Source of the DNA: Bacillota bacterium
GTDB taxonomy: Bacteria > Bacillota_I > Bacilli_A > RF39 > UBA660
Length of the DNA: 64,000 nt
NCBI GenBank assembly: GCA_015059375.1
Contig: SVAN01000003.1
Span: 27,211 to 91,210 of the forward strand
Reading direction: 5' to 3'
The notes beneath the pieces are model-generated. The model did not search any database. It saw only the letters and a program-made list of their open reading frames with translations, and was not told the DNA's origin. This document shows positions 26,853 through 36,991 of this stretch, piece after piece. The position numbers and the translations under genes were made by a program. The first letter of the stretch is position 1. Every line of letters begins with the position of its first letter.

Positions 26853-27728
26853 ATGAATGAATTAATAGAAAAAGAAAAAATAATAATTGAAGATATGATT
26901 TATGAAGTAAGAGGAGTACAGGTGATGCTTGATAGTGATATTGCAAAACTATATCATGTTGAAACTAAAAGAATTAATGAAGCTGTCAAGAATAATCCTG
27001 ATAAGTTTCCGGAAAGATTTAGTTGGGTTTTAACAAAGGAAGAGACAAAAAAAATAAGGTCGAAAATTTCGACCTTAGAAATTAAAGGCCAAGGAAAATA
27101 TAGTAAATATGATCCAAGAGTATTTACAGAGCAAGGGTTATATATGCTAGCAACTATTTTAAAATCTAAAGTTGCAACAGAGGTATCAATTGCAATCATG
27201 GATACCTTTGTAAAAATGAGACATTATATAAATTATAATAAGAATTTTTTACCCCATAAATTTATGCTTTTAGAGAAAAGGGTAGATGAAAATACACAAA
27301 GAATAAATGAATTATTTGATAAGTTTGACCCAAAAGAAATAGTTAAAGATTATCTATTTTTTGAAGGGGATTTTTATGACTCTTATTCATTATTACTGGA
27401 TCTTTTTAATACCGCTAAAGAAGAAATAATTATAATCGATAATTATGCAGGTAAAGAGTTATTAGATATTTTAAAAAAGATAAATAAAAAAATAATAATA
27501 ATTTCTAAAAACATAGATGATGTATTAAAGAAAAAATATGAACAGCAATATAATAATGTTTCATTTATAAATAATAGTTCTTTTCATGACAGATTTATAA
27601 TATTAGATAGAAATATATTATATTCGTGTGGAGCATCATTTAAAGATTTAGGCAAAAAATGTTTCGCGATTAATGAATTTATTGATAAAGAATATTTGAT
27701 AAAAATATTAGAAACAATATATTCTTAA
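26853..27728 (+). CDS. ORF6N (KilA-N-like) DNA-binding domain protein with a C-terminal HDRFIILD domain
   Basis: Start moved to MNELIEKEK, after a GGAGG RBS. The N-terminus (I..VRG..VMLD.D.A.LY.VETK.IN.AVKNN..KFP..F...L) is the ORF6N signature. The C-terminus has IIIIDNY....LLD.L and FHDRFIILD....Y.CGAS.KDLG.K. Confidence 0.7.
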   Translation: MNELIEKEKIIIEDMIYEVRGVQVMLDSDIAKLYHVETKRINEAVKNNPDKFPERFSWVLTKEETKKIRSKISTLEIKGQGKYSKYDPRVFTEQGLYMLATILKSKVATEVSIAIMDTFVKMRHYINYNKNFLPHKFMLLEKRVDENTQRINELFDKFDPKEIVKDYLFFEGDFYDSYSLLLDLFNTAKEEIIIIDNYAGKELLDILKKINKKIIIISKNIDDVLKKKYEQQYNNVSFINNSSFHDRFIILDRNILYSCGASFKDLGKKCFAINEFIDKEYLIKILETIYS

Positions 27729-27816
27729 TCCCGTTTTATTTCTGTTGTTAACTAGGGTTGAATCGTTAAATTAAAATTATAAATAGTAATAATCAAACAG
27801 ATCGAATAACAATAGC

Positions 27817-27845
27817 TTGATTTTTTTTTTTTTTTTTGATATTAT
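27817..27845 (+). promoter_or_regulatory. Promoter whose spacer is a T17 homopolymer (27821-27837)
   Basis: TTGATT (27817-22), 17-nt spacer (15 T plus GA), TATTAT (27840-45). It lies 29 nt upstream of the lipoprotein ATG at 27874. Confidence 0.5.
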
Positions 27846-27873
27846 GCGGAAAAATAAGGGTAGGCGGTTAAAA

Positions 27874-28671
27874 ATGAAATTAATAATCCCAAAAATTCAA
27901 TTAAGCTTGCTGGGACTTGGAATTATTATATTATTAAGTGTATGTCATAGTAATAAAGATGTAATAAATCAAACAGATTCAAAGATAGAAAAAAATCAAT
28001 TGGCATTTATTATGTGCGAAGGAGAGTCTTGCCAAACAACATCAACAATACCCGTAGGCGATTATATTTTAGATGAGGAAAGAACATATTGTGAAGCTGG
28101 AGGTAAGATAAGTAATTATGATTCAACTTTAGGGACAATAAAATATGTAGTAAAAGGAAACGATGAATGTAAAGTGTATTTTACAACGCCACTACAATTA
28201 GAACCCATTATTAATCAGACTTTTTCCAGCGGTACTAGCATAATAGTAAAAAATGAAGACGATATAACGAGTGGCACTTTTGATACACAAATAGAAACGC
28301 CGGTGGATTATGATGAGATTGAATATATTGATTTTAAAGAACTTGGATTAAGTGGTGAGTTTGTAGATGAATATGGCAATTTCGATTTTTGGGAAAATGA
28401 CTTAACAAACGATTTTTGTGATAATTATAATTTTTGTTATACTGTTTCTTCGATTTATGATGTCAAAATTTCACAAGCACTCTTCGATTCCATATGGGAT
28501 GATCCTAATTATGGCCAAATTAGTTTTAATCCAGAATCGACCTTACAATTTAATTATCTTTTCTATAGTGATGGAGATTTTACTTTGTATTTTGCGTTTA
28601 GATTAAAAAAGAAGGGATATAAACCCAGCGCTTGGTACTTGGCTTCTTACGGTTGGAATATAGCTTCATAG
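27874..28671 (+). CDS. Putative lipoprotein / secreted protein, function unknown
   Basis: Start moved to MKLIIPKIQLSLLGLGIIILLSVCHSN, a signal peptide with Cys that could be a lipobox. The ORF-track extension would translate the poly-T tract. Confidence 0.55.
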   Translation: MKLIIPKIQLSLLGLGIIILLSVCHSNKDVINQTDSKIEKNQLAFIMCEGESCQTTSTIPVGDYILDEERTYCEAGGKISNYDSTLGTIKYVVKGNDECKVYFTTPLQLEPIINQTFSSGTSIIVKNEDDITSGTFDTQIETPVDYDEIEYIDFKELGLSGEFVDEYGNFDFWENDLTNDFCDNYNFCYTVSSIYDVKISQALFDSIWDDPNYGQISFNPESTLQFNYLFYSDGDFTLYFAFRLKKKGYKPSAWYLASYGWNIAS

Positions 28672-28714
28672 CTTGTTATGAGATAAAAAGGTTATAAATC
28701 AAGAACTTTATCTA

Positions 28715-28743
28715 TTGCCAAAAGCATAATTTTATAATATAAT
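28715..28743 (+). promoter_or_regulatory. Sigma-A promoter for rpsO
   Basis: TTGCCA (28715-20), 17-nt spacer, TATAAT (28738-43). An 80-nt leader precedes the RBS. Confidence 0.5.
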
Positions 28744-28825
28744 GTTTTAGAAGTTTTAACTTAGTTTGGATTCTTTCTCGGTTCCATACTCAGTTTAAAC
28801 CGATTTAAAAAAGGAGGAAATTAAA

Positions 28826-29095
28826 ATGGCTTTAACAAAAGAAGAAAAGCAAACAATCATTAAAGAATTTGCTAAGAATGAAAAAGATTGTGGTTCTGCT
28901 GAAGTACAAATTGCAATTCTTACAAAAGAAATTAATGAATTAACTGAACATTTAAAAGTTCATTCTCATGATTATCATTCAAATCGTGGACTTTTAATTA
29001 AAGTTGGTAGAAGAAAAAAATTACTTGATTATTTAAAAAATAACGATGTAAAAAGTTATCGTGAAGTAATTAAAAAATTAAATATTAGAAAATAG
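28826..29095 (+). CDS. rpsO: 30S ribosomal protein S15
   Basis: 89 aa. GS.EVQIA.LT..I..LT.HLK.H..D.HS.RGLL..VG.R..LL.YL. Confidence 0.95.
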   Translation: MALTKEEKQTIIKEFAKNEKDCGSAEVQIAILTKEINELTEHLKVHSHDYHSNRGLLIKVGRRKKLLDYLKNNDVKSYREVIKKLNIRK

Positions 29096-29148
29096 GCACT
29101 AAAATTTTTAGTGTCTTTTTTTATTCATAATGAAAGGAATGTAGAAAA

Positions 29149-31335
29149 ATGAAAAGAGAATTTAAATTTGATTTTTTAGGAAGAGAATTAATTGTTGAAA
29201 CTGGTGAACTTGCTAAACAAACGAATGGCAGCGTATTAGTAAGATATGGAGATACGGTTGTATTATCTGTATGCGTTATGGGAAAGACTCCAGTAAGTCA
29301 AGACTTTTTCCCGCTTCAAGTGTTATATCAAGAAAAATTATATTCAGTTGGTAAAATACCTGGCGGATTTATTAAAAGAGAAGGAAGACCTACAGACGCG
29401 GCAACTTTAGCAGCTCGTTTAATTGATCGCCCAATTAGACCAATGTTCGATGAAAATTTAAGAAATGAAATTCAGGTTGTTAATACAGTTTTATCAGTAG
29501 ACCAAGATAATTCACCAGAAATGGCAGCGATGTTTGGTACATCTTTATGTTTAGGAATATCTGATATTCCATTTGATGGCCCAGTTGCTGGGGTTATGGT
29601 TGGTATGGATGAAAAGGGTAAATTTATTATTAATCCAACTGCTAAAGAAAGTGAAAATAGTCCTCTTGCGTTAACTGTAGCAGGAACAAAAGATGCAATA
29701 TGTATGGTTGAAGCTGGAAGTAAAGAACTTTCTGAAAAGCAAATGCTTGAAGCATTAATGTTTGCTCATGAAAATATTCAAACATTATGTGATTTCCAAA
29801 ATGAAATAATTAGTGAAATTGGTAAAGAAAAAGTTGTATTAGAACCAGCTGTAATTGATGAAAATGTTGATAAAGATGTAAGAGAGTACGCCACTAGCGA
29901 TATGCTTGAGGCAATTCAAATTAAAGAAAAACTTGTTAAATATGCTAGAATTGATGAAGTGAAAGAAAAAACTATTGAACACTTTACTAAAGTTTATGCT
30001 GAAGACGATGACTTCGATAAAAAGATGAAAGATGTTAGTAAGGTTGTTAATCAAATTGAAGCTGATGAAGTAAGAAGATTAATTATTGAAAAGCATATTC
30101 GTCCTGATGGAAGAGCAATGGATGAAATAAGACCGTTATATGCTGGTATTGATTTGCTTCCTCGTACGCACGGTTCCGGACTTTTCTCAAGAGGAGAAAC
30201 GCAAGTTCTTGCAACAACTACTTTAGGTCCACTATCTGATCATCAAGTACTAGATGGCTTAGGTATCGAAGATGAAAAACGTTTTATGCTTCATTATAAT
30301 TTCCCTGCCTTTTCAGTAGGCGAAGTTGGAAGATATGGAAGCCCTGGTCGAAGAGAAGTTGGTCATGGTGCGTTAGGGGAAAGAGCTTTAGCGCAAGTTA
30401 TTCCTTCAGAAGAAGAATTCCCATATACAATTCGTGTTGTTTCAGAAGTATTGGAAAGTAATGGTTCATCATCTCAAGCAACAATTTGTAGTGGTTGTCT
30501 ATCATTAATGGCTGCGGGAGTTCCTATTAAAGCTCCAGTTGCTGGTATTGCAATGGGATTAATATCTAATGGCAAAAAATATACTATTTTAACTGACATT
30601 CAAGGATTAGAAGACCATATGGGAGATATGGACTTTAAAGTGGCTGGTACTAAAGAAGGTATTACGGCTTTACAAATGGATATTAAAATTAAAGGTGTAA
30701 CAAAAGCAATTTTAAAGGAAGCTTTAAATGAGGCTAAAAAAGCAAGAATGAAAATTCTTGACGTAATGGAAGGCGCGATTGCTGAGCCGAGAAAAGAGCT
30801 TTCAAAATATGCGCCAAAAGTTGTTACATTTACAATTGATCCGGAAAAAATTAAAGAAGTTATTGGTAAAGGCGGCGAAATGATTACTAAAATTATTTTA
30901 GAATCATCAAATGTTAAAACTGTTAACGATAAAGAAGCTGTTAAAGTTGATATCGAAGATGATGGAAGAGTAATTATTTATCATTATGATGCCGAAGTAA
31001 TAGCTAAAACGAGAAAAATGATTGAAGATATCGTTAAAGAGGTTGAAACAGATAAAATTTACACTGGTAAAGTAGTAAAAGTTGAAGATTTTGGTTGCTT
31101 TGTCGAATTGTGGCCAGGATGTGAAGGCTTAGTCCATGTATCACAACTAGATCATAAGAGAGTAGAAAAACCAAGTGATATGTTTAGTATTGGCGATGAG
31201 ATTGTTGTTAAATCATTAGGCTATGATAATCGTGGTAGATTAAATCTATCAAGAAAAGAAGCGTTACCAAAACCGGTAAAAAAAGATAATAAAGAAACGG
31301 CAAAAGAAGAAGCTGAATCTAAAAACGAAGAATAA
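29149..31335 (+). CDS. pnp: Polyribonucleotide nucleotidyltransferase (PNPase)
   Basis: 728 aa. Two RNase PH domains (G.IPGGF.KREGRP, RPDGR....IRP), then KH (GKGG..I) and S1 (G.V......FG.FVE) domains. Confidence 0.95.
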   Translation: MKREFKFDFLGRELIVETGELAKQTNGSVLVRYGDTVVLSVCVMGKTPVSQDFFPLQVLYQEKLYSVGKIPGGFIKREGRPTDAATLAARLIDRPIRPMFDENLRNEIQVVNTVLSVDQDNSPEMAAMFGTSLCLGISDIPFDGPVAGVMVGMDEKGKFIINPTAKESENSPLALTVAGTKDAICMVEAGSKELSEKQMLEALMFAHENIQTLCDFQNEIISEIGKEKVVLEPAVIDENVDKDVREYATSDMLEAIQIKEKLVKYARIDEVKEKTIEHFTKVYAEDDDFDKKMKDVSKVVNQIEADEVRRLIIEKHIRPDGRAMDEIRPLYAGIDLLPRTHGSGLFSRGETQVLATTTLGPLSDHQVLDGLGIEDEKRFMLHYNFPAFSVGEVGRYGSPGRREVGHGALGERALAQVIPSEEEFPYTIRVVSEVLESNGSSSQATICSGCLSLMAAGVPIKAPVAGIAMGLISNGKKYTILTDIQGLEDHMGDMDFKVAGTKEGITALQMDIKIKGVTKAILKEALNEAKKARMKILDVMEGAIAEPRKELSKYAPKVVTFTIDPEKIKEVIGKGGEMITKIILESSNVKTVNDKEAVKVDIEDDGRVIIYHYDAEVIAKTRKMIEDIVKEVETDKIYTGKVVKVEDFGCFVELWPGCEGLVHVSQLDHKRVEKPSDMFSIGDEIVVKSLGYDNRGRLNLSRKEALPKPVKKDNKETAKEEAESKNEE

Positions 31336-31346
31336 TTTTGATAAAA

Positions 31347-31378
31347 AGTAACTTATTTTTAGTAAGTTGCTTTTTTTT
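31347..31378 (+). terminator. Rho-independent terminator after pnp
   Basis: Stem agtaactta / taagttgct (one G-U pair) followed by a T8 run. Confidence 0.6.
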
Positions 31379-31452
31379 ATGAGAAACTTACTAAATGGTA
31401 CAAAAAAGGTAATGTATAACGAATATTAAAAATTTAAAAAAGAGTGATTTGA

Positions 31453-31482
31453 TTGACATAAAAAGAAATCCTATAATATAAT
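31453..31482 (+). promoter_or_regulatory. Sigma-A promoter for the 31502 surface-protein gene
   Basis: TTGACA (31453-58), 18-nt spacer, TATAAT (31477-82). Confidence 0.5.
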
Positions 31483-31501
31483 TATTTAGGAGATAGATGA
31501 T

Positions 31502-32728
31502 ATGCGAATGAGATTTAAAAGTGCTTTGTTCCTTATTTCAATTCTTTTGTTATCAACTTTTGTTTTAGGTTCATTTTACTTTGTATATAAAAATTATATA
31601 AGTTATGGTGCGGACATCAAAATATCGGGGCCACTTTCCATCAATTATTTAGATGGAAGTATAATTTCTGGAAGTGGAGTCGTTGAAACTCATTTTTCGA
31701 TTATTAACGATTCAATGGAAGATGCCTATTATTTTATTGAATTTAAAAATCCCAAAAATATTAAAGGAAAAATAACATTTAATTTAAGTAATGGTAATGA
31801 TATTAACATTACCGACGAGCTAAATAATTATAATACGATTATTACTAGTTATGTTCCGATTAAAGCTGGTGAAATTGTTAGTTATACTTTGATTTTGAAT
31901 CCCGAGGAAAAGTTTAATTACGGTTTGGAGTTAAATGTCAAATCGGAAAATCTAGAAACAAATACTTTTGCTGAAGTAATCTTAAAAAATAATTCGATTA
32001 ATGATAAGCCACTTACAACTCCGGGGTTAGCGATTGCCGTTAGCGATGAAGGACTAATAAAGTCGTCGGATGATTATGGCACAACGTATTATTTCCGGGG
32101 GGCGAGTGTTAAAAATAATGTTTTAATAAATGGCTTAAATTTTAAAATTGTTCGAATAAATGGTGATGGTACGGTAAGATTGGTTTTAGATGGCGAAACT
32201 GACAATTTAAAAAAGTATTATGATACAATAGAAAAATATACCTTTAAAGAGTCAAATGTATATTCCTATTTAAATAATTGGGTAAATGAAAAATTAACTG
32301 ATTATACAACCTATTTAGCAAATCATAAATATTGTAATGATAATAATATTGAAGGTGGTACTTTTTTAGCTTTAACGAGAATTAAGACTGATAACATCCC
32401 TTCATTTGTTTGCCTTAGTGATAAGGTGCTTAGCAAGGTTGGCTTGTTAACCGCAGATGAAGTTATTTATGCTGGTGCTACATTAAATGAAGTTAATAAA
32501 GATTACTATTTATATAATGAAAATATTAGCGCAAACTCTTATTTAATGACTTCTGCAACGCTGTTAAGTAATGCCTATTATCCTTTTATGTTAAGTAAAG
32601 ATGGAAAATTAATTACCAATGATAGTGGCGCTAATTTTCGAGCAGTAAGGCCTGTTATTACTATCATTAAAACTGCTAATGTTATTGGCGACGGAACTGT
32701 AAATGACCCGTATCAGTTGACAGAGTAG
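31502..32728 (+). CDS. Predicted surface protein, paralog family member (N-terminal anchor/signal + beta-rich domain + C-terminal VRP...GDGT..DPYQL module)
   Basis: 408 aa with an N-terminal hydrophobic span. The C-terminal module (YYFRGA...FKIVRINGDGT..., LLTADE, YLMTSA...FRAVRPVITI...GDGTVNDPYQL) is the same one present in the 54771 and 57338 proteins. Confidence 0.65.
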   Translation: MRMRFKSALFLISILLLSTFVLGSFYFVYKNYISYGADIKISGPLSINYLDGSIISGSGVVETHFSIINDSMEDAYYFIEFKNPKNIKGKITFNLSNGNDINITDELNNYNTIITSYVPIKAGEIVSYTLILNPEEKFNYGLELNVKSENLETNTFAEVILKNNSINDKPLTTPGLAIAVSDEGLIKSSDDYGTTYYFRGASVKNNVLINGLNFKIVRINGDGTVRLVLDGETDNLKKYYDTIEKYTFKESNVYSYLNNWVNEKLTDYTTYLANHKYCNDNNIEGGTFLALTRIKTDNIPSFVCLSDKVLSKVGLLTADEVIYAGATLNEVNKDYYLYNENISANSYLMTSATLLSNAYYPFMLSKDGKLITNDSGANFRAVRPVITIIKTANVIGDGTVNDPYQLTE

Positions 32729-32783
32729 TTAGTAAATTTATTATCAAGCGTTTGCAACTGACGTCAAATATGTTACAATAACG

Positions 32784-33275
32784 ATGTGGTGGTATAACAT
32801 GTTTAGTGATATTTGGCTATTTTTAAAAAGTATTACATTTATTGATTATGTATTTTTCTTTACAGTAGTTTTTTTAATTGTTTTAGTAGTTAGTTTGATA
32901 TATTTTATTAAAATAAATGAAGAAGTAATAGAAAGTGGAGATTCAGTAAAAGATCCAGATAATTTAAGAGCAATTGCAACGGCTATAAAAAGTCAACCCA
33001 AAGAACCTATTGCTTTTACTTCTTATGAGCAAGAACAAGAGGATAAAGCAATTATTAGTTATGATGAATTACTTTCAAATACTGGAGAATTTCAACTAAA
33101 TTATGTTGATGAAGAACAAAAGGGTGACTTATCAGTAAAAAAGATTGATTTAAATAATTTGATTAATGCTTCAGTTAAAGCTGAACCGCCAAAAATTGAA
33201 GTTCATTTAATTTCTTTGAAAAGGGAAGAGGAATTTTTACAAACATTAAAGGAGTTGCAACGTAGTCTAAATTAA
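32784..33275 (+). CDS. Hypothetical membrane protein (1 TM, acidic C-domain)
   Basis: 163-aa ORF. The start could be the Met at 32799. One TM (YVFFFTVVFLIVLVVSLIYFI). Confidence 0.45.
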   Translation: MWWYNMFSDIWLFLKSITFIDYVFFFTVVFLIVLVVSLIYFIKINEEVIESGDSVKDPDNLRAIATAIKSQPKEPIAFTSYEQEQEDKAIISYDELLSNTGEFQLNYVDEEQKGDLSVKKIDLNNLINASVKAEPPKIEVHLISLKREEEFLQTLKELQRSLN

Positions 33276-33287
33276 GGGGGAATTTTG

Positions 33288-34520
33288 ATGAAATTTAATA
33301 TTATTACTTTAGGCTGTAAGGTTAATACTTATGAGTCTAATTTTATTAAGGAATCATTAATTGCTAATGGTTTTTCTTTTTGTAATGAAAATAAAAATTG
33401 TGATGTTGTTATTATTAATACATGCACCGTAACTGATACATCCGATAAAAAAAGTCTGAAGACAGTGCGGAGAGTTCGTCGGGAAAGCCCTAGGGCAATT
33501 CTGGTTGTATGCGGCTGTTCTGTGCAAAATAATGTAGAGATTTATCAAAACTTAGGAATTGATATTTTACTTGGTAATAAGGATAAATCGAAAATAGTCA
33601 CTTTGATTTCTAATGTCATGAAAACCAAAGAAAAGTATAAATATATTACTAAAGATCGAAACCTCCCTTTCGAAGATATGGAAATAAAACGTTTTGATCA
33701 TGTAAGAGCCTTTATCAAAATTCAGGATGGATGTAATAATTTTTGCTCATATTGTATTATTCCTTTTGTACGCGGAGATATTCGTTCTAAATCTTTTGAA
33801 AAAGTTATCTGCGAAGCTAGTAAATTAGCTCAAAATGGGTACCAAGAATTAGTACTCACTGGAATTCATACTGGTTCATATAATGATAATGGTAAAGATT
33901 TGTGTGACTTAATTAATTCTTTGTCATCTATAAAAGGGATAAATAGAATAAGACTTTCATCAGTAGAAATAACTGAATTAAATGATAAATTTATGGAGCT
34001 CCTTCGGGAAAATAAAATTTTCTGTAATCATTTGCATATCCCTTTGCAAGCAGGAAGTGATGAAATTCTAAAAATTATGAATCGTAAGTATGATACTGAG
34101 TATTATCGCCAAAAGATTGCACAAATCCGTGCCATTAGACCTGACATTTCAATTACGACCGATGTAATAGTTGGGCATAATTATGAAACGGAGGAACTTT
34201 TCGAAAAGTGTTTAGCTTTTTGTGAAGAAATTAAGTTTGCAAAAATTCATGTTTTTCCATATTCGCAAAGATCAGGAACTGCTACGAGTAGAATGGATGG
34301 TCAAATAAGTGAAGAAGTAAAAAAAAATCGGGCGAAAAAGTTAATTGCTTTATCAGAAAAACAAGAACAGGATTATTATAATCGTTTTAAGGGGCAAATT
34401 TTAGACGTTTTAATAGAAACAAATAATGGCAAAGAATCTGTAGGACATACAAGTAATTATTTAAAAGTAGTTTTAAAAGAAAATTTGCATGTTAATGAAA
34501 TTTATCAAAGGGAAATTTAG
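33288..34520 (+). CDS. mtaB: tRNA methylthiotransferase, MtaB/MiaB-like radical SAM enzyme
   Basis: LGCKVN.YES N-terminal cluster, radical-SAM motif CNNFCSYCIIP, and a C-terminal TRAM-like segment. ATG at 33288 follows an AAGGGGG RBS. Confidence 0.8.
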   Translation: MKFNIITLGCKVNTYESNFIKESLIANGFSFCNENKNCDVVIINTCTVTDTSDKKSLKTVRRVRRESPRAILVVCGCSVQNNVEIYQNLGIDILLGNKDKSKIVTLISNVMKTKEKYKYITKDRNLPFEDMEIKRFDHVRAFIKIQDGCNNFCSYCIIPFVRGDIRSKSFEKVICEASKLAQNGYQELVLTGIHTGSYNDNGKDLCDLINSLSSIKGINRIRLSSVEITELNDKFMELLRENKIFCNHLHIPLQAGSDEILKIMNRKYDTEYYRQKIAQIRAIRPDISITTDVIVGHNYETEELFEKCLAFCEEIKFAKIHVFPYSQRSGTATSRMDGQISEEVKKNRAKKLIALSEKQEQDYYNRFKGQILDVLIETNNGKESVGHTSNYLKVVLKENLHVNEIYQREI

Positions 34521-34523
34521 TTA

Positions 34524-36722
34524 ATGGACTATTATATCAAAGGCAAGTTTAAAAAAATTGTTTATCAAAATATGGAGAGTAATTATGCTGTTACTCTTTT
34601 TCGGGTAAAAGAAACTAATGATCCGAGTATGGTAGAACATCTTAATAAAACAATTAATGCCACGGGGGTTCTTCCTAATTTGAAACTTGAAGCTCCATAT
34701 ATTTTAAGCGGTTCGTATGTAAAACATCCTAAATATTCTTGGCAATATACTTTTAACTCTTTTGAGCTAGAAAAACCGACAACCAAAAATAGTATTGAGG
34801 AATTTTTAGCTAGTTCATTTGTAGTAGGGTGTGGCCAGGCTACTGCGAAAAAAATTGTTGATGTTTATGGTGATAAGGCTCTAGAGAAAATTAAAGAAGA
34901 TGTTAATAATTTAATGATTATCAAAGGAATGACGATGGTCAAAGCAATGAAGATATATTCTTCGGTGTTAAATTATGAAAAGAATGATCAAATAATTTTA
35001 AAACTTAAAGAGATGGGCTTTTCTTTGGAAGATGCCTCGCGGATTTTAAATAAACATAACTATGACATTGATGCAATAATCGAAGGCAATTTATATCTTT
35101 TGAAAGACCTTTTTGAATTTAAAAAAATTGATGATATTTATAAAAATAATTTTAACCCAGAAAGTGCATTGCGATGTAAAGAATGCATTTTAAGCAGTAT
35201 GATGCAAATTAGTTTTAATGAGGGAAGTACCTATTACTTTATCGAAGAAATCTATAAAGCATTAAGCGTCTTATATGGTTTAAATATTTCTAATGAAGAT
35301 TTTATTAATTATTTAAATGAGTTAATAAAAGAAGATTTAGTAACTAAAATAGGTCAAAGGTTTTATTTAACTAAATATTATTCCGAGGAAAAAAGAATTG
35401 CTCGGGATTTGTTTTTGATATCGCAAGAGAAAAACAAAAAAATCCCTAAATTAGAGGAAAAAATTGCCAATATTGAAAAAAGCTTAGGAATAACTTATAA
35501 CGACGAACAAAAACGGGCAATAAAAGAAGGACTAAATAATAACGTTTCTATTATTTCTGGCGGCCCCGGTACAGGAAAAACAACAATCATAAAAGCGATT
35601 GTTAAGATTTATATTGAAGAATATCGATTAAGTCCTGCAGATATTATGGCTAATATTGCGCTTTTAGCCCCGACTGGCAGGGCGAGTAAAAAACTAAGTA
35701 GTTCGACAGGGCTTCCGGCTTATACAATTCATCGTTTTTTAAAGTGGCATAAAGATAGTGATTCCTTCGAATTTGATGAAAATAATAAGCTTATTCAAAA
35801 ACTTATTATCGTTGATGAAACTTCGATGATTGATGTTTCTTTAATGAAAAGTTTAATTTGCGCACTTAATATTAATGTTCGTTTGATTTTAGTGGGAGAT
35901 ATATATCAGCTTCCTTCGGTAGGGCCAGGATTAGTTTTGCAAGATTTAATTAATAGTGATTTATTTACATTTACCCCCCTTAATATTATTTATCGGCAAA
36001 GTGATAATTCATATATTCCTTTTTTAGCCAAAGATATAAAAGCTCAGAATATAGACGAAGAGTTTATGTACAAAAGAGATGATTATAATTTTCTCGTATG
36101 TGAAGAAGAAAATATTCTGTCTAATGTTTTAGCTAGTGTTAGATATGCGATAACCAAAAATATTAATGAAGACCAAATGCAAATTTTAGCACCAATGTAC
36201 AAAGGCCTTAATGGGATTGACAATCTTAATTATCATTTACAACAAATATATAATGCTGCATCTCCAGAAAAAAATGAAATTAAATATATTGATAAAACGT
36301 ATCGCGAAAATGATAAAGTTCTTCAGCTGGTCAATGATTCTGATAATAACGTTTTTAATGGCGATATTGGAAAAATAATTGCTATCTTTAAAAATAGTCA
36401 AAATAAAATGATAATTCAAATTGATTTTGATGGTAATATTGTTAAATATGAAAAAAAAGATTTAAAAAATATAACTCATGCATATGCAATTACAATTCAC
36501 AAAAGCCAAGGAAGTGAATTTGAGCATGTAATTATGCCGGTTTGTCGTTCATATTTCATTATGTTATATAATAAATTACTTTATACAGGGGTTTCTCGAG
36601 CGAAAAAAAGCTTAACGATAATTGGCGAACCTCGAAGTTTTATTAGTGGAATCCAAAATAATTATTCTTCGAGTCGAAAAACAAGTTTAATTGATGCTTT
36701 ACAGGAAGATTTTCACGTATAA
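34524..36722 (+). CDS. recD2: ATP-dependent RecD-like DNA helicase (RecD2)
   Basis: 732 aa. Walker A SGGPGTGKTT, IVDE.SM.D, LVGD..QLPSVG.G, and C-terminal AYA.TIHKSQGSE motifs. Confidence 0.9.
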   Translation: MDYYIKGKFKKIVYQNMESNYAVTLFRVKETNDPSMVEHLNKTINATGVLPNLKLEAPYILSGSYVKHPKYSWQYTFNSFELEKPTTKNSIEEFLASSFVVGCGQATAKKIVDVYGDKALEKIKEDVNNLMIIKGMTMVKAMKIYSSVLNYEKNDQIILKLKEMGFSLEDASRILNKHNYDIDAIIEGNLYLLKDLFEFKKIDDIYKNNFNPESALRCKECILSSMMQISFNEGSTYYFIEEIYKALSVLYGLNISNEDFINYLNELIKEDLVTKIGQRFYLTKYYSEEKRIARDLFLISQEKNKKIPKLEEKIANIEKSLGITYNDEQKRAIKEGLNNNVSIISGGPGTGKTTIIKAIVKIYIEEYRLSPADIMANIALLAPTGRASKKLSSSTGLPAYTIHRFLKWHKDSDSFEFDENNKLIQKLIIVDETSMIDVSLMKSLICALNINVRLILVGDIYQLPSVGPGLVLQDLINSDLFTFTPLNIIYRQSDNSYIPFLAKDIKAQNIDEEFMYKRDDYNFLVCEEENILSNVLASVRYAITKNINEDQMQILAPMYKGLNGIDNLNYHLQQIYNAASPEKNEIKYIDKTYRENDKVLQLVNDSDNNVFNGDIGKIIAIFKNSQNKMIIQIDFDGNIVKYEKKDLKNITHAYAITIHKSQGSEFEHVIMPVCRSYFIMLYNKLLYTGVSRAKKSLTIIGEPRSFISGIQNNYSSSRKTSLIDALQEDFHV

Positions 36723-36767
36723 ATCTTCTTTTTTATAGAATAATAAATGTAGTAAAGAGGTGTTAAA

Positions 36768-36929
36768 ATGAAACAAATGATGAAAGTAGTTGGAGGAATG
36801 CTAACAATTGGCATGGCGGGCTATGGCGCATATGAGATGATGAAACAAAAAATGCCTAAATCGCAAATCAAAAAAACAATGAAAAGTCCTTATACAATGA
36901 ATCAAAATAATAGTGTAAAATCAAATTAA
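36768..36929 (+). CDS. Small ORF (53 aa), putative small membrane/secreted peptide; below the ORF-track length cut-off
   Basis: ATG at 36768 preceded by AAAGAGGTG. Product: MKQMMKVVGGMLTIGMAGYGAYEMMKQKMPKSQIKKTMKSPYTMNQNNSVKSN. Confidence 0.35.
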   Translation: MKQMMKVVGGMLTIGMAGYGAYEMMKQKMPKSQIKKTMKSPYTMNQNNSVKSN

Positions 36930-36991
36930 AAAAGCATTGATTATTATTCCAAAATATTATATCATTTAAATGAGAATAAGGGTGATTGGAA

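Noticed and set aside
27817-27873. The ORF-track start at 27817, which would translate the T17 tract as a poly-Phe N-terminus (MIFFFFFD...).
   Set aside because: The TTG is better explained as the -35 hexamer of a promoter. The Met at 27874 starts a typical signal peptide.
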